Source of the DNA: an uncultured Actinomycetes bacterium
GTDB taxonomy: Bacteria; Actinomycetota; Thermoleophilia; Gaiellales; JAICJC01
NCBI GenBank assembly: GCA_963717845.1
Contig: CAVQXH010000001.1
Location: 1,264,942-1,328,941 of the forward strand
DNA: 64,000 nt
Direction of reading: 5' to 3'
Shown here: positions 21,573-30,728 of the stretch, in pieces
How positions within the stretch are numbered: position 1 is the first letter of the stretch
Layout: each line of letters begins with the position of its first letter
Translations under genes and position numbers: made by a program
The notes under the pieces: generated by a model
Databases searched by the model: none
What the model was told of the DNA's origin: nothing
The model's input: only the letters and a program-made list of their open reading frames with translations

Positions 21573-22082
21573 TTACTGCGGCGGCGGCGGTGGATGGGGG
21601 TGGTGGCCCATCGGCGGATGGGGCGGCCGCGGCCGCCGTGGCGGGGCGGTGCCGGCCAGCACCGGCTCGAGCCGTGCGAGCGCCGCGGCCAGCGCGTCTG
21701 ATTCGTGCGGGGCGAGCGCCGTGAGCATCGGGTCGAGCCGGCTGCGGACGAGCCTCTGGGCCGACCGCAGGACGCGCTCGCCCTCGGCGGTAAGCACCGG
21801 CCGGCGGCGGCGACGGTCGGCCCCCGCGGCGGTGCGCGCGACCGTCCCCGCGCGCTCGAACGCCGCCATCAGCTGCGACACCGCCGCCTCCGACACGCCG
21901 GCTGCGCGCGCCAGGTCGGCGGCCGATTCGGTTCCGGCCGCGATCGCACGCAGGCCGAGGTACTGGCCGAGCGTGAGCGGTGGGTCGTGGCTCGCCAGCA
22001 CGCGCTCCATCCAGCGGGTCACGAGCGGCGCGACGGCCGCGAGCGTGTCGGCGGTGTTTGGGGTGCGCGGCCGCGGGGGCAT
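21573..22082 (-). CDS. MarR-family transcriptional regulator with a Pro/His-rich C-terminal tail
   Basis: The winged-HTH region is LTLGQYLGLRAIAAG...ADLARAAGVSEAAVSQLMAAFERAG. The tail is PPRRPRPPHPPMGHHPHPPPPPQ. Confidence 0.85.
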   Translation of the reverse strand: MPPRPRTPNTADTLAAVAPLVTRWMERVLASHDPPLTLGQYLGLRAIAAGTESAADLARAAGVSEAAVSQLMAAFERAGTVARTAAGADRRRRRPVLTAEGERVLRSAQRLVRSRLDPMLTALAPHESDALAAALARLEPVLAGTAPPRRPRPPHPPMGHHPHPPPPPQ

Positions 22083-22107
22083 ATACTTAAGTGAGCTTTA
22101 GTATATG
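22080..22107. promoter_or_regulatory. Perfect 8-bp inverted repeat CATATACT-N12-AGTATATG in the AT-rich MarR/permease divergent region (candidate MarR operator)
   Basis: Read directly: the left arm is 22080-22087 and includes the MarR start codon; the right arm is 22100-22107. This is the only AT-rich stretch in the neighbourhood. Confidence 0.6.
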
Positions 22108-22123
22108 GAAGGAAACTGCCCGC

Positions 22124-23215
22124 ATGCACGCTCTGTTCGCCGCCGTCCACGCCGCCCTCGCGGCCTCGATCCCGCTCGTGTGCTTCCTGACCGCCGTGAT
22201 CTGGCTGGCGAACGTCGCCGACCGCACGGGGCTCGCCGGCCGGATCGCACACGTGCTGGCCGGGCAGGCGCGCGGCAGCACGGCGCGATTGTACGTGCTC
22301 GTCTGCCTGGCCTGCGCGCTGCTCACGGCAACCGTCTCGCTCGACGGCGCCGTCGTCGTGATGGTGCCGGTGATCCTGGCTCTGGTCGAGCTCGGCGCCC
22401 CGGGGCGGCCGCTCCTGCTCGCCACGATCGGCGTGGCCAACGCGTTCTCGATCGCGGTCGTCCAGGGCAACCCCACAAACCTCGTCGTGATGAGCGGCCT
22501 GCACCTGGATCCCGGCACGTTCGATGCGACGATGCTCGGCCCGGGCACGGCGGCCGCCCTCATCTGCGCCGCGGTCGTGGCGGTGCGGGAGCGGTCGCGC
22601 CTGCGGGGATCGGTGCGCCCCGGCGCTGCGCCCGCGCTCGGGAGGGGGGCCGCCCTCGCGGCCGCCGCGCTCGTGGCGGCGGGCGCCGGCGAGGCGGTGG
22701 CGCCGGTCGCCGGCCTGGCGCCGTGGTGGCCCGTCTGCGTCGTCGCCGGCGTGACCGGGGTCGGGCTCATGGCCGCGGGTGTGCGGCCGCCGGCCGTGTC
22801 GGTGCCCTGGCGGATCGGGCTCTTCGTCACGGTGCTCGCGACGGCGCTCGGGGTGGCCGCCGACGTCGCCGGACTGGCCGCGGTGCGGCTGCCGTCCGGC
22901 TCCGTATGGGCGCTCCTGGCGGTGACCGTGGTCGCCGCGGCGGTGGCCGCCACGGTGAACAACCTACCGGCCGCGGTCGCCGCGGGGGCGCTCCTGCACT
23001 CCGGTCCGGCGGCCTTCGCCGTGCTCGCCGGGGTCTCCGTCGGCGCCCTGGCCGGGTCACGCGGATCGGTCGCCACGGTGCTCGTGCGCGACCTCGCCGG
23101 CGGCAGCTTCTCGGCCGCGATCGGCGAGGGCTACCTGCGCCTGTGGCCGGCGACCGCGGCCGTCGCGGCGATGGCCGCGACCGCGCTCATCTGGTTCACC
23201 GCCATGCCCGCCTAG
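22124..23215 (+). CDS. ArsB/NhaD-superfamily-like anion permease (putative)
   Basis: Polytopic membrane ORF, divergent from MarR. The ATG at 22124 is preceded by ggaagga. The track start at 22091 lies inside the operator and is less likely. Confidence 0.6.
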   Translation: MHALFAAVHAALAASIPLVCFLTAVIWLANVADRTGLAGRIAHVLAGQARGSTARLYVLVCLACALLTATVSLDGAVVVMVPVILALVELGAPGRPLLLATIGVANAFSIAVVQGNPTNLVVMSGLHLDPGTFDATMLGPGTAAALICAAVVAVRERSRLRGSVRPGAAPALGRGAALAAAALVAAGAGEAVAPVAGLAPWWPVCVVAGVTGVGLMAAGVRPPAVSVPWRIGLFVTVLATALGVAADVAGLAAVRLPSGSVWALLAVTVVAAAVAATVNNLPAAVAAGALLHSGPAAFAVLAGVSVGALAGSRGSVATVLVRDLAGGSFSAAIGEGYLRLWPATAAVAAMAATALIWFTAMPA

Positions 23216-23607
23216 CGGTTCTCGCGGCGCCACATGAACTTGAGCCCCGACCAGTCCTGGTCGATCGCGGCCACCTTCGTGTCGACGATCCCGAGCGGCA
23301 GGGCGTGCTCGCGCAGCCCGTTCTCGGTGATGTCGCTGCGGTGGCCGCCGGCGCGCCGCGGCCACGCCACCCACAGCGAGCCGGCGGGAAAGATGCGCTG
23401 CGCGAGCGCCGGCAGCCGGTCGGTCAGCTCGGCCTCCTCGCGGAAGAACGCGATCACGACGTCCGCAGGCTCCGGCGCGAGCACGTCTGCCACACCCTCG
23501 GGGAGCGCGGGGACGTGCCATCCGGCCGGCGCCAGGTCGAGCGCGAGCGTGCTCCCGGCCTTGATGCCGAGCTTCCTGGCGAGCGGGGTCTGCGAGTAGC
23601 CGGCCAT
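23212..23607 (-). CDS. DUF3052-family protein
   Basis: MAGYSQTPLARKLGIKAGSTLALD...LWVAWPRRAGGHRSDITEN...DQDWSGLKFMWRRE matches my recollection of the DUF3052 pattern. It is the GC3-supported tail of the long ORF 23212..25443. Confidence 0.75.
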   Translation of the reverse strand: MAGYSQTPLARKLGIKAGSTLALDLAPAGWHVPALPEGVADVLAPEPADVVIAFFREEAELTDRLPALAQRIFPAGSLWVAWPRRAGGHRSDITENGLREHALPLGIVDTKVAAIDQDWSGLKFMWRRENR

Positions 23608-23694
23608 GCCGGCGCGATTGTACGACGCACACCTGCGTGATGTTCGCCGCCCGCGGGGGGATAGATCGACGATGCTTGTCAAGGAGGAGCCCAG

Positions 23695-24462
23695 ATGAAC
23701 CCGCGTCGCATCGCCACCGTCTCGTTCGCCCTGCTGGCCCTGTGGCCGGCGGCGCCGGCCGCCGCCAAGTCCGTCGAGGTGCGCGCGGCCCGCGCGTGCG
23801 GCGCGACCGGGTGCGTGCCCCTGCCCGCGGCGATGGTTGCCCAGATGCTCGGCCGGTTCGAGGGTGGCGACACCGGCAATCCCGGCATGCGCCTGGGGCC
23901 GTTCTACCGGCTGCACATCCGGCCGCAGTCCGGCTCGTCGCTGCTCTTCTACGTCCCCGTGAGCCGCATGATCGTGGTGAACGGGCAGACGCTGCGGGTC
24001 GGTCCCCGCCACGCGGCCCGGCTCGGCGCTGTGCTCCGCGACGTGCAGCCGATCCCTCCGCGCATCGAGAGCGTGACGGTCGGCGCCCACGCGGCCGCGC
24101 ATCCGCAGGCATATACGCCCCTGCTGTACGGCCGGCCGGTGTCTGCGCCCGCGTCGGTGTGGAACCATCGGGACGTGCTGATCGCCATCGATATCGCCGG
24201 CGAGACGCCATGGAGCTACTGGGGAGCGGCCGAGTACTTCCCGTCGGCGCGGCTGCTGCATGTGCCCGACGGCGTCTGGGTGCGGGCGAGCGCCGGCCAG
24301 GCGGCGATGCTCGCGTCGGATCTGCATCCGGGACGGCGGGCGGCGCGGGGAGGCGGCACGAGCACCGCGACGGTGGCAGCCGTTGGCGCCGTCGCGGTTG
24401 CGATCGGCGCCGTGCTGGCCGTGGCCCTGCGGCGCCCTCGGCGACGGGCGCGGGTTGCCTAA
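23695..24462 (+). CDS. Secreted protein with a C-terminal membrane anchor, unknown function
   Basis: The signal peptide is MNPRRIATVSFALLALWPAAPAAA. The C-terminal TM plus basic tail is AVAVAIGAVLAVALRRPRRRARVA. An RBS (aaggagga) is present. The gene lies directly upstream of the ECF sigma gene. Confidence 0.65.
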   Translation: MNPRRIATVSFALLALWPAAPAAAKSVEVRAARACGATGCVPLPAAMVAQMLGRFEGGDTGNPGMRLGPFYRLHIRPQSGSSLLFYVPVSRMIVVNGQTLRVGPRHAARLGAVLRDVQPIPPRIESVTVGAHAAAHPQAYTPLLYGRPVSAPASVWNHRDVLIAIDIAGETPWSYWGAAEYFPSARLLHVPDGVWVRASAGQAAMLASDLHPGRRAARGGGTSTATVAAVGAVAVAIGAVLAVALRRPRRRARVA

Positions 24463-24465
24463 CAG

Positions 24466-24999
24466 GTGGCGGAAGGGACGCCCGAGGCCCGGTTTCGCCA
24501 TGAGCAACGCGACTTCGATGCACTCTTTCGCGCCCACCACGCCGAGATCGTGCGCTACCTGGCGGCCCGGCTCGGCTCCCGCGAGGAGGCCCGCGACGTC
24601 GCCGCCGAGGTGTTCGTCGAGGCCTGGCGGCGCACGCCGTCTCTGCGCTACCGGGGCCGGCCGGTGCTGGCGTGGCTCTATCGCGTCGCGGCCAACATGG
24701 CGGCCGACCGGATGAGCGCCCGGCGGCGAGAGCCCGTTGCGGCCGAGGTCCGCGACACCGCCTCCCCGGGTGACGAGGCCCAGGCCGTGGTCGAGCGCGA
24801 CCTGCTGCGCCGCGCGCTCGCCACGCTGCCCCCCGACCATGCGCTTGCGGTGCACCTGCGGCTCGTCGAGGGCTACCCCTTCGCCGACGTCGCCCGGGTG
24901 ATGGGCCGCAGCGTCGGCGCCTGCCAGATGCTGGTCCTGCGCGCCGGGCGGGAGCTGCGTGAGGCGCTCGAGCGGGAGGGCATCGATGCGCCGCAGTGA
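24466..24999 (+). CDS. ECF-type RNA polymerase sigma factor
   Basis: Region 2 is DVAAEVFVEAWRR...WLYRVAANMAADR. Region 4 is LPPDHALAVHLRLVEGYPFADVARVMGRSVGACQMLVLRAGREL. Confidence 0.9.
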   Translation: MAEGTPEARFRHEQRDFDALFRAHHAEIVRYLAARLGSREEARDVAAEVFVEAWRRTPSLRYRGRPVLAWLYRVAANMAADRMSARRREPVAAEVRDTASPGDEAQAVVERDLLRRALATLPPDHALAVHLRLVEGYPFADVARVMGRSVGACQMLVLRAGRELREALEREGIDAPQ

Positions 25000-26290
25000 C
25001 GACGCGACGCTGGCGCGCCGGCTGGCGGAGGCCCTGGACGGCCGGGCGCAGGCGACCGGGGAGCTCGAGGCGATCGTGCGCGTCCTCGAGGCGGCGGCGG
25101 CAGAGGCCCGCTTCGGCGTCGCCGCCGATGAGACCGAGCGCGCCCTCGCGGCGGCCCGCCCCCGCCCGCTCCGGGCCAGGCGGCGCTGGCCGGTGGCCGC
25201 GGCCGCGGCGGCGGTCGCCGTGGTCGCGGCGGCGCTGGTGCTGGCCTGGCCCTTCGGTGCGGCGTCGACCAGGGACGTCCAGGCGCAGGCGCTCGCCGCG
25301 CTCGGCGGGCCGGGGTCGGTGCTCGAGGTCGGCGAGCGGATCACGCCCGGCCCGGGCGGAGGGTTCGCCGCGTCGACGCGCACCGGCTGGCTCGACCCCG
25401 CCCGCGGCCGGGCCCTGTGGACGCAGAGCACGGCCGCCGGCACCGTGGTCGATCAGACCCTGGTCGAGCGCGGACGGGTGACCCGCTACGACCCGGCCAC
25501 GCACACCGCCGTCCTGGCGGCGTCGTGCACGGCCCTGGCGACGGGCTGCGCCTCGGCCGTCGACCCGATCGCGGTCTACCGGGCCGCCCTGCTTCGGGCG
25601 GCGGCCACGTCGGCGCACACGGTCACGTTCCATGGCCGCAGCGCCTACCGGTTCTCGCTGCCGGTCACGCGCCTGGCCGACGCCACCCGCGTGGCGCAGG
25701 TCGTCACGATCGACGCCCGCACGCTGCTCCCGGAGCGGATCGTGTGGCAAGCGGGTGGAGGCCGGACGATCGCCGTGATCGACATCCGCTCGGCGACGGT
25801 GATGGGGCGCGACCTCGCGCCGTCCGACGCGTTCTCGCTCGCGCTCCCGCAGCGGACGGCGATCACCCAGCTGGCCGCGTCGGGGCAGCCTGTGCGCCTG
25901 CTCGGCGCGAGCCGCATCAGCGTCGCCCGGGCGCGTGCTCTGCGACCGGCCCCCGACTGGCTCGGGCCGCGCGACGGCCGCTTCCCGCTCGGCCGGGTGA
26001 CGCGGTACCGCTACACGGGCGGGGCCGCCGTGATGCTGCGCTACGGCTCCCTGCGCGTCTGGAGCTACGGAGCGGTCGTGCCGCCGGCGCTGCTTGCCGA
26101 CCTGGCCGTACCCGTGAAGCAGTTCCCCGTCGGTGCGCGCACCGCCCGGCTCTACGCGACCGCCGGCGGCATGTTCGCGGTCGAGGTCGATCGCCCCGGC
26201 GGCACCGTCGTCGTGATCGCGCCGGCGCGCCTGAGCAGCGCCGCGATCAACGCGCTGCCGCGGCTGCGGCCGATGGCAGCAGCAGGTTGA
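24986..26290 (+). CDS. Putative anti-sigma factor (single TM, large extracytoplasmic domain)
   Basis: The gene overlaps the sigma stop. A short cytoplasmic N-terminus precedes the TM WPVAAAAAAVAVVAAALVLAWPF and an extracytoplasmic domain of about 330 aa. Confidence 0.6.
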   Translation: MRRSDDATLARRLAEALDGRAQATGELEAIVRVLEAAAAEARFGVAADETERALAAARPRPLRARRRWPVAAAAAAVAVVAAALVLAWPFGAASTRDVQAQALAALGGPGSVLEVGERITPGPGGGFAASTRTGWLDPARGRALWTQSTAAGTVVDQTLVERGRVTRYDPATHTAVLAASCTALATGCASAVDPIAVYRAALLRAAATSAHTVTFHGRSAYRFSLPVTRLADATRVAQVVTIDARTLLPERIVWQAGGGRTIAVIDIRSATVMGRDLAPSDAFSLALPQRTAITQLAASGQPVRLLGASRISVARARALRPAPDWLGPRDGRFPLGRVTRYRYTGGAAVMLRYGSLRVWSYGAVVPPALLADLAVPVKQFPVGARTARLYATAGGMFAVEVDRPGGTVVVIAPARLSSAAINALPRLRPMAAAG

Positions 26291-27293
26291 GGTCGCCGAA
26301 CTCGTGCCACAGGTAGCCGTGGGTGGCCGCGGCCGCGTAGCAGCGCTCTGTCAGCTCGCGGCCGGCGATCGCGCGCACGAGGTCGAGATGGGTGGCCTCG
26401 GGCGGGTGCCAGCCCGTGAGCAGGCCGTCCACGACGCCGGCGCCGCGCTCCTCGTCGATCACGAGCTCCGTCCAGCCCTGCGCCGCGGCGACCGCGGGTC
26501 CGCCCGCGGCCGCGGTCTCGAGGGCCCTCACGGCGGTCGTGCCCACCGCGATGACGCGCCCGCCGGCGGCGCGCACCGCGTTCACGTGCCGCGCGGTCGG
26601 CTCCGGGACGCTGTAGGGCTCGGGGAAGGGCGGCTCGCCGGTCTCGGGCGATGACACGCCCGTGTGCAGCACGATCGGCGCGAACTCGACGCCGGCCGCG
26701 ACCAGGGCGGTCACGAGCTCGGGCGTGAACGCGCGCCCCGCGCTCGGCATCTCGGCGCTGCCGGGCTGTGTGGCGAACACGGTCTGGTAGTCGGAGATCG
26801 GCCAGTCGGCTCCGGCGTAGGCGTAGCGGATCGGGCGGCCGTGGGCCTCGAGGTGCTCGTGCAGGCCCACCGGCAGGTCGAGCCGCGCCGTCCACAGCCG
26901 CGGGCCGCCCCGCAGCAGGCGCGCGCGGCCGCCGCCGGGGAGCGCCAGCCGCCAGCCGCGCCGGGCGGCCGCGAACGGCAGCGTGCCCGGGCCGGCCGGG
27001 ATGCGCAGCTCCACCGTCCACAGGTGCTCGTCCGGGTCGGCGCCCGGAAGCGGAGTGGACAGGTGCAGCCGCAGCAGCCGGCCTCCGGGCGCGACCGCGT
27101 CGAGCGCCGCCGGGAGCGTCTCCGACGTGTTGACCACGAGCAGGTCGCCCGGTGCGAGCAGCCGCGGCAGATCGCGGAAGACGGCGTGCGTGACGGTGCC
27201 GTCGCCGCGGCCCACGAGCAGGCGCACCAGGTCGCGGGCGACGCCCCGCCGCTCGGGCGGGGCGGTGGCCTCGGCCAGTGCGACGGCGCTCAC
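26247..27293 (-). CDS. queA: QueA-like S-adenosylmethionine:tRNA ribosyltransferase-isomerase family protein
   Basis: GDLLVVNTSETLPA, YQTVFA...GSAEMPSAGRAFT, IVLHTG, VIAVGTTAVRALE and LLTGWHPPEATHL are colinear with QueA motifs, though divergent. Confidence 0.75.
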   Translation of the reverse strand: MSAVALAEATAPPERRGVARDLVRLLVGRGDGTVTHAVFRDLPRLLAPGDLLVVNTSETLPAALDAVAPGGRLLRLHLSTPLPGADPDEHLWTVELRIPAGPGTLPFAAARRGWRLALPGGGRARLLRGGPRLWTARLDLPVGLHEHLEAHGRPIRYAYAGADWPISDYQTVFATQPGSAEMPSAGRAFTPELVTALVAAGVEFAPIVLHTGVSSPETGEPPFPEPYSVPEPTARHVNAVRAAGGRVIAVGTTAVRALETAAAGGPAVAAAQGWTELVIDEERGAGVVDGLLTGWHPPEATHLDLVRAIAGRELTERCYAAAATHGYLWHEFGDLNLLLPSAAAAAAR

Positions 27294-27991
27294 GCCGCTG
27301 CCTCGGATCGGCTCAGCTCGCGTGCGCGGTAGCGCCCCGACGGCAGGTCGCCCTCGATCAGCCGCAGCAGGCCGGGGACGCTCGTCTGCGGCCGCGGCCG
27401 GTCGGAGATGTCCTCGCCGGGGAAGGCCTCCTGGTGCATGCGGGTGCGCATGTCGCCGGGGTCGGCCCAGTACACGCGCAGATGCGGGTGCTCGGCCGCG
27501 AGCACGTTGGACAGCTGCTCGAGCGCGGCCTTCGCCGATCCGTACCCGCCCCAGCCGGGGTAGTTCTCGACGGCTGCGTCGGAGGTGATGTTGAGCACGA
27601 CGCCGCCGTCCGGCGCGAGCGCCGGCAGGGCCAGCTGGATCAGGCCGAGCGGGGCGAGCACGTTGATCCGGTAGACCGCGTCGAGCACCTCGAGCGGGTA
27701 GTCGGCCAGGTCGGGCTGCGGGCTCGGGCCGAGCACCGACGCGTTGTTTGCAAGCAGCCGCAGCCGGCCCATCCGCACCGCCGCTGCCACCAGCTCCTCG
27801 CGGTGGCGGGGATCGGCCACGTCGCCGGCGATCGCCGTCACGGCGGTCTTCTGCGCCAGCGCCTCCCGCGCCTCTGCGAGCGCGTCTGCGCCCCGTGCGT
27901 CGATGACGAGCCCGTAGCCGCGATCGGCCAGCGCCTGCGCCAGCGCGAGCCCGAGGCCGCGCGACGCTCCTGTGATGAGTGCGATATCCAT
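27290..27991 (-). CDS. SDR-family oxidoreductase
   Basis: The NAD(P) motif is MDIALITGASRGLGLALA, and the catalytic region is YGSAKAAL. The stop overlaps the QueA-like start. Confidence 0.88.
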   Translation of the reverse strand: MDIALITGASRGLGLALAQALADRGYGLVIDARGADALAEAREALAQKTAVTAIAGDVADPRHREELVAAAVRMGRLRLLANNASVLGPSPQPDLADYPLEVLDAVYRINVLAPLGLIQLALPALAPDGGVVLNITSDAAVENYPGWGGYGSAKAALEQLSNVLAAEHPHLRVYWADPGDMRTRMHQEAFPGEDISDRPRPQTSVPGLLRLIEGDLPSGRYRARELSRSEAAA

Positions 27992-28072
27992 GCGCCCAGG
28001 CTAGGCCGCCGCGTGCGCCGGCGCCTCGGGCGGGGGTCGCGATCTGGGCGGGACGTTGGTCCTAGACCGTCG

Positions 28073-28104
28073 CGGGAGGGGGCGCCCGCAGGCGCCCCCT
28101 CCCG
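28073..28104 (-). terminator. Perfect 14-bp GC hairpin (CGGGAGGGGGCGCC-cgca-GGCGCCCCCTCCCG) 14 nt downstream of the Cys-rich gene stop
   Basis: Read directly. There is no U-tract, as is common for high-GC terminator-like hairpins. Confidence 0.6.
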
Positions 28105-28117
28105 AGGTCGGCCCGGC

Positions 28118-29800
28118 CTACGTCGAGCAGGTCGGGTTGTGCCGCATCGGCCCCTCGAGGTTGCCGAAGAAGTACGCCGAGGGCTGCCCGTACTGATGCG
28201 TGCCGCCGAAGGTGTTGCCGTTGCGCATCTGCCCGAACTCCCACACACACTGGCCGTGCACCCTGGCCTGTGTCCAGAACGGGTAGAAGTTCCCCGGCGC
28301 CGCGGACGGAGGCACCGCGCACCCGACGCCGGTCGGCGCGCACGACGCCTCGCTGGCCGGGGCGTTGGTCTGGAACTGGATCGTCTTGTACGCATGCCCG
28401 CGCGTTCGCGGCTCCTGCTGCAGGAAGGGCGACGGATAGCGGTCGGGCTTCGTGTTGTCGGGCCAGTTCGGCCAGTACGACGTGCCGTCGTAGTCGAGGT
28501 CGCCGTTCTGGGCGATCGTCTGGATGCACCCCGCCACCTCGTTCGGAGGCGCGTGGCCACCGTGCGTGAAGCCGTTCGGCCAGCAGGGCGCGTCGGAGAC
28601 CTCCGGGTTCGGGGAGCCGTCCGGCGGGGCCGAGTTCTCGTACGGCCCGGTGCAGTTCTGCCAGATGGTGTCGGTGAAGTTCCCGACCGGGAACGGCATC
28701 GGGTCGGTCACGGACGTGCACGGCTCGAAGTGGCCGATCTCGAACTGGGTCGAGATGTTGGTCTCGAGCGCCGCCCACGGGATGATGTTCTGCGGCCTGG
28801 CCGTGTCGTACTCGGGCTGGTAGTTGAACGGGCGCCCGCTGCAGTCGGCGATCGACGTCTGCATGAAGCCGTTTCGCGCCGAGGCGATCATGAACCCGCT
28901 CTGCCCGGTCGTGAGGTCGTGGATGCTGGTCTCGAGCGCGTGCCCTCCACCACGCAGCTTCGCGTCGAAGATGTGGATCACGAGCCGGTCACCGGGATTC
29001 ATCAGCAGCGTCTCGCCGTTCGGCGTCGCCGTGTTGCCGTTTGCGAGCTGCGGGCTGGGCGGCCCGGTGGGCACGCCGTCTCTCTGGATGAACGCGAAGT
29101 TGGTCGGCTCCTCGCAGTTGGGGTTGCAGTTCACGAATCCGAGCTCGCACTCGAGGTCGTTGATGTGCAGCGACGCGCACCAGTGCGTGTTGTCGCACGA
29201 GATCGAGTCGACGAACGGCGCGAACCCGGGCGGGTAGAACTGCATCTCGAGGAACGAGCTGCCGCCGCCGCCCTGGTCGAACGTGGGCGGATGGTGCGGG
29301 GCGTTGGAGTCGCTGCGCGGCTTGCACGGGTTGAGCGGGTAGGACTCGGCGTTGCACAGCGCCATCGAGAACCACGGCGCGATCGAGAGCTCGAACCAGT
29401 GCGTGACGTCGGTGCCCGGATGGGCCACGGTCGGAAGCGCGGCGGGATCGAAGGGCAGCCGCTCCTTCCAGGTGATGTCGTTGCCGGAGCCGTGCCGCTT
29501 GGACAGGAACCGGATGATGGGCTCGTCATGGCCGATGTACTTGCCGTTGTCCTCGAACCGGGTCGGCTTGCCGTCATACAGCGAGCGCGGGTCGCTGCAG
29601 ACGAGCGAGGCGCGCAGCGCGTGCTGGCTCTTGCTCTGGCCGTTGCAATCGAGCATGCCGCTCGCCCCCGGCTTCACGCCGGTGCTGGCGCCGGCAGACG
29701 CTGGGGCGGCGGCGGTCATCGCACACGCGGCCAGGAGCGCGATCACCCACGGTCCGAGCCGCCTACGGCTGCGGGCCTCCTTGGACAGGGACCATGACAT
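28118..29800 (-). CDS. Secreted cysteine-rich protein of unknown function (about 560 aa, 18 Cys in the mature part)
   Basis: An internal ATG at 29800 gives MSWSLSKEARSRRRLGPWVIALLAACAMTAAAPASA, a signal peptide with an RRR motif. GC3 is high throughout. I could not place motifs such as YIGHDEP, FLEMQFYPPG and THWCASLHINDLECELGFVNCNPNCEEP in any family. Confidence 0.75.
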   Translation of the reverse strand: MSWSLSKEARSRRRLGPWVIALLAACAMTAAAPASAGASTGVKPGASGMLDCNGQSKSQHALRASLVCSDPRSLYDGKPTRFEDNGKYIGHDEPIIRFLSKRHGSGNDITWKERLPFDPAALPTVAHPGTDVTHWFELSIAPWFSMALCNAESYPLNPCKPRSDSNAPHHPPTFDQGGGGSSFLEMQFYPPGFAPFVDSISCDNTHWCASLHINDLECELGFVNCNPNCEEPTNFAFIQRDGVPTGPPSPQLANGNTATPNGETLLMNPGDRLVIHIFDAKLRGGGHALETSIHDLTTGQSGFMIASARNGFMQTSIADCSGRPFNYQPEYDTARPQNIIPWAALETNISTQFEIGHFEPCTSVTDPMPFPVGNFTDTIWQNCTGPYENSAPPDGSPNPEVSDAPCWPNGFTHGGHAPPNEVAGCIQTIAQNGDLDYDGTSYWPNWPDNTKPDRYPSPFLQQEPRTRGHAYKTIQFQTNAPASEASCAPTGVGCAVPPSAAPGNFYPFWTQARVHGQCVWEFGQMRNGNTFGGTHQYGQPSAYFFGNLEGPMRHNPTCST

Positions 29801-29840
29801 AGCTGCCCACCCCTTCGGGAGACGAATATGGACGCAGGTA

Positions 29841-29869
29841 GAAATAGTCCAGTTGGGTCTCTGTGTCAA
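29841..29869 (-). promoter_or_regulatory. Sigma70-like promoter for the Cys-rich gene: TTGACA-17 nt-TATTTC (minus strand)
   Basis: The reverse complement of 29864-29869 is TTGACA, and the reverse complement of 29841-29846 is TATTTC. It lies in a locally AT-richer gap, leaving a leader of about 40 nt with RBS gaaggggtgg. Confidence 0.5.
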
Positions 29870-29891
29870 TGACTACGAACACGCACCGTTT

Positions 29892-30728
29892 TCAGCCGGA
29901 TCGCTTGAGGCGGCCGTGCTGTTTGGCATACCGCTCGCCGCGCGAGAACACGTACAGTCCGAGCGGGATCGCGATGACCCCGATCACGATCAGCGGCCAG
30001 ATGTCGTCCCAGATCGCTGCGACGCCCGCGCCGTCGAGGATCGCCCGCCGCGCGCCCTCGAGCGTGTAGGTGGCCGGCGACACGACCGAGATCCACTGCA
30101 TCCACTGCGGCAGCACGCTGACCGGGTAGTACACCCCCGACACGACGAGCAGCAGGCCCTGCGCGATGAACCCGAGCTGCGTGCCCTTCTCGGGCGAGAT
30201 CAGGGGCAGCACCGCGGTCATCATGCCGATCCCGACGAACGAGAGCGACGAGATCGCGAGCACGAGCGTCGCCGCGGCGAAGTCGGGGTTGCCGAAGTGG
30301 ACGTCGAGGAAGCTCGCCACCACGACGAACAGGAGCACCGTCCGCAGCACGCCGTAGAAGACGGCGAACGCGCCCATCCCGAGCAGGTGCGCGGGCCGCG
30401 ACAGCGGGGCCATGAACGTGTACTCGATCGTGCCCTCCCACCGCTCCCAGGCGACCGTCTCGGTCTCGATCTCGAAGATGAGCCCGAGGTATGACCACAC
30501 CACCGCGCCGATCAGGAGGACGATGGTCTCGCGGTTCACGTCCAGGCGGTAGCCGGCCGCCTCCACGCCCTTCGCGATGAAGACGATCGTGAGCGTGTTC
30601 GCGACGGTGTACAGGAACCAGGCCAGCTCCCACCATGCGAACCGGCGGATCAGGTAGGTGTTGCGCTCGACGATGCCGGCGAAGCCGATCACCTCGCGCC
30701 GCACCGCCACGGATGCCTGCCGCATCAT
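29892..30728 (-). CDS. ABC-2 type exporter permease
   Basis: 278 aa with 6 TM segments and an ABC-2 layout. The start overlaps the ATPase stop. Confidence 0.85.
   Translation of the reverse strand: MMRQASVAVRREVIGFAGIVERNTYLIRRFAWWELAWFLYTVANTLTIVFIAKGVEAAGYRLDVNRETIVLLIGAVVWSYLGLIFEIETETVAWERWEGTIEYTFMAPLSRPAHLLGMGAFAVFYGVLRTVLLFVVVASFLDVHFGNPDFAAATLVLAISSLSFVGIGMMTAVLPLISPEKGTQLGFIAQGLLLVVSGVYYPVSVLPQWMQWISVVSPATYTLEGARRAILDGAGVAAIWDDIWPLIVIGVIAIPLGLYVFSRGERYAKQHGRLKRSG

Noticed and set aside
28118-29800. Lower overall G+C of the Cys-rich gene as evidence of horizontal transfer.
   Set aside because: Third codon positions remain almost entirely G or C, as in the neighbouring genes. The lower G+C comes from amino-acid composition (N, F, Y, T, W), not foreign codon usage.
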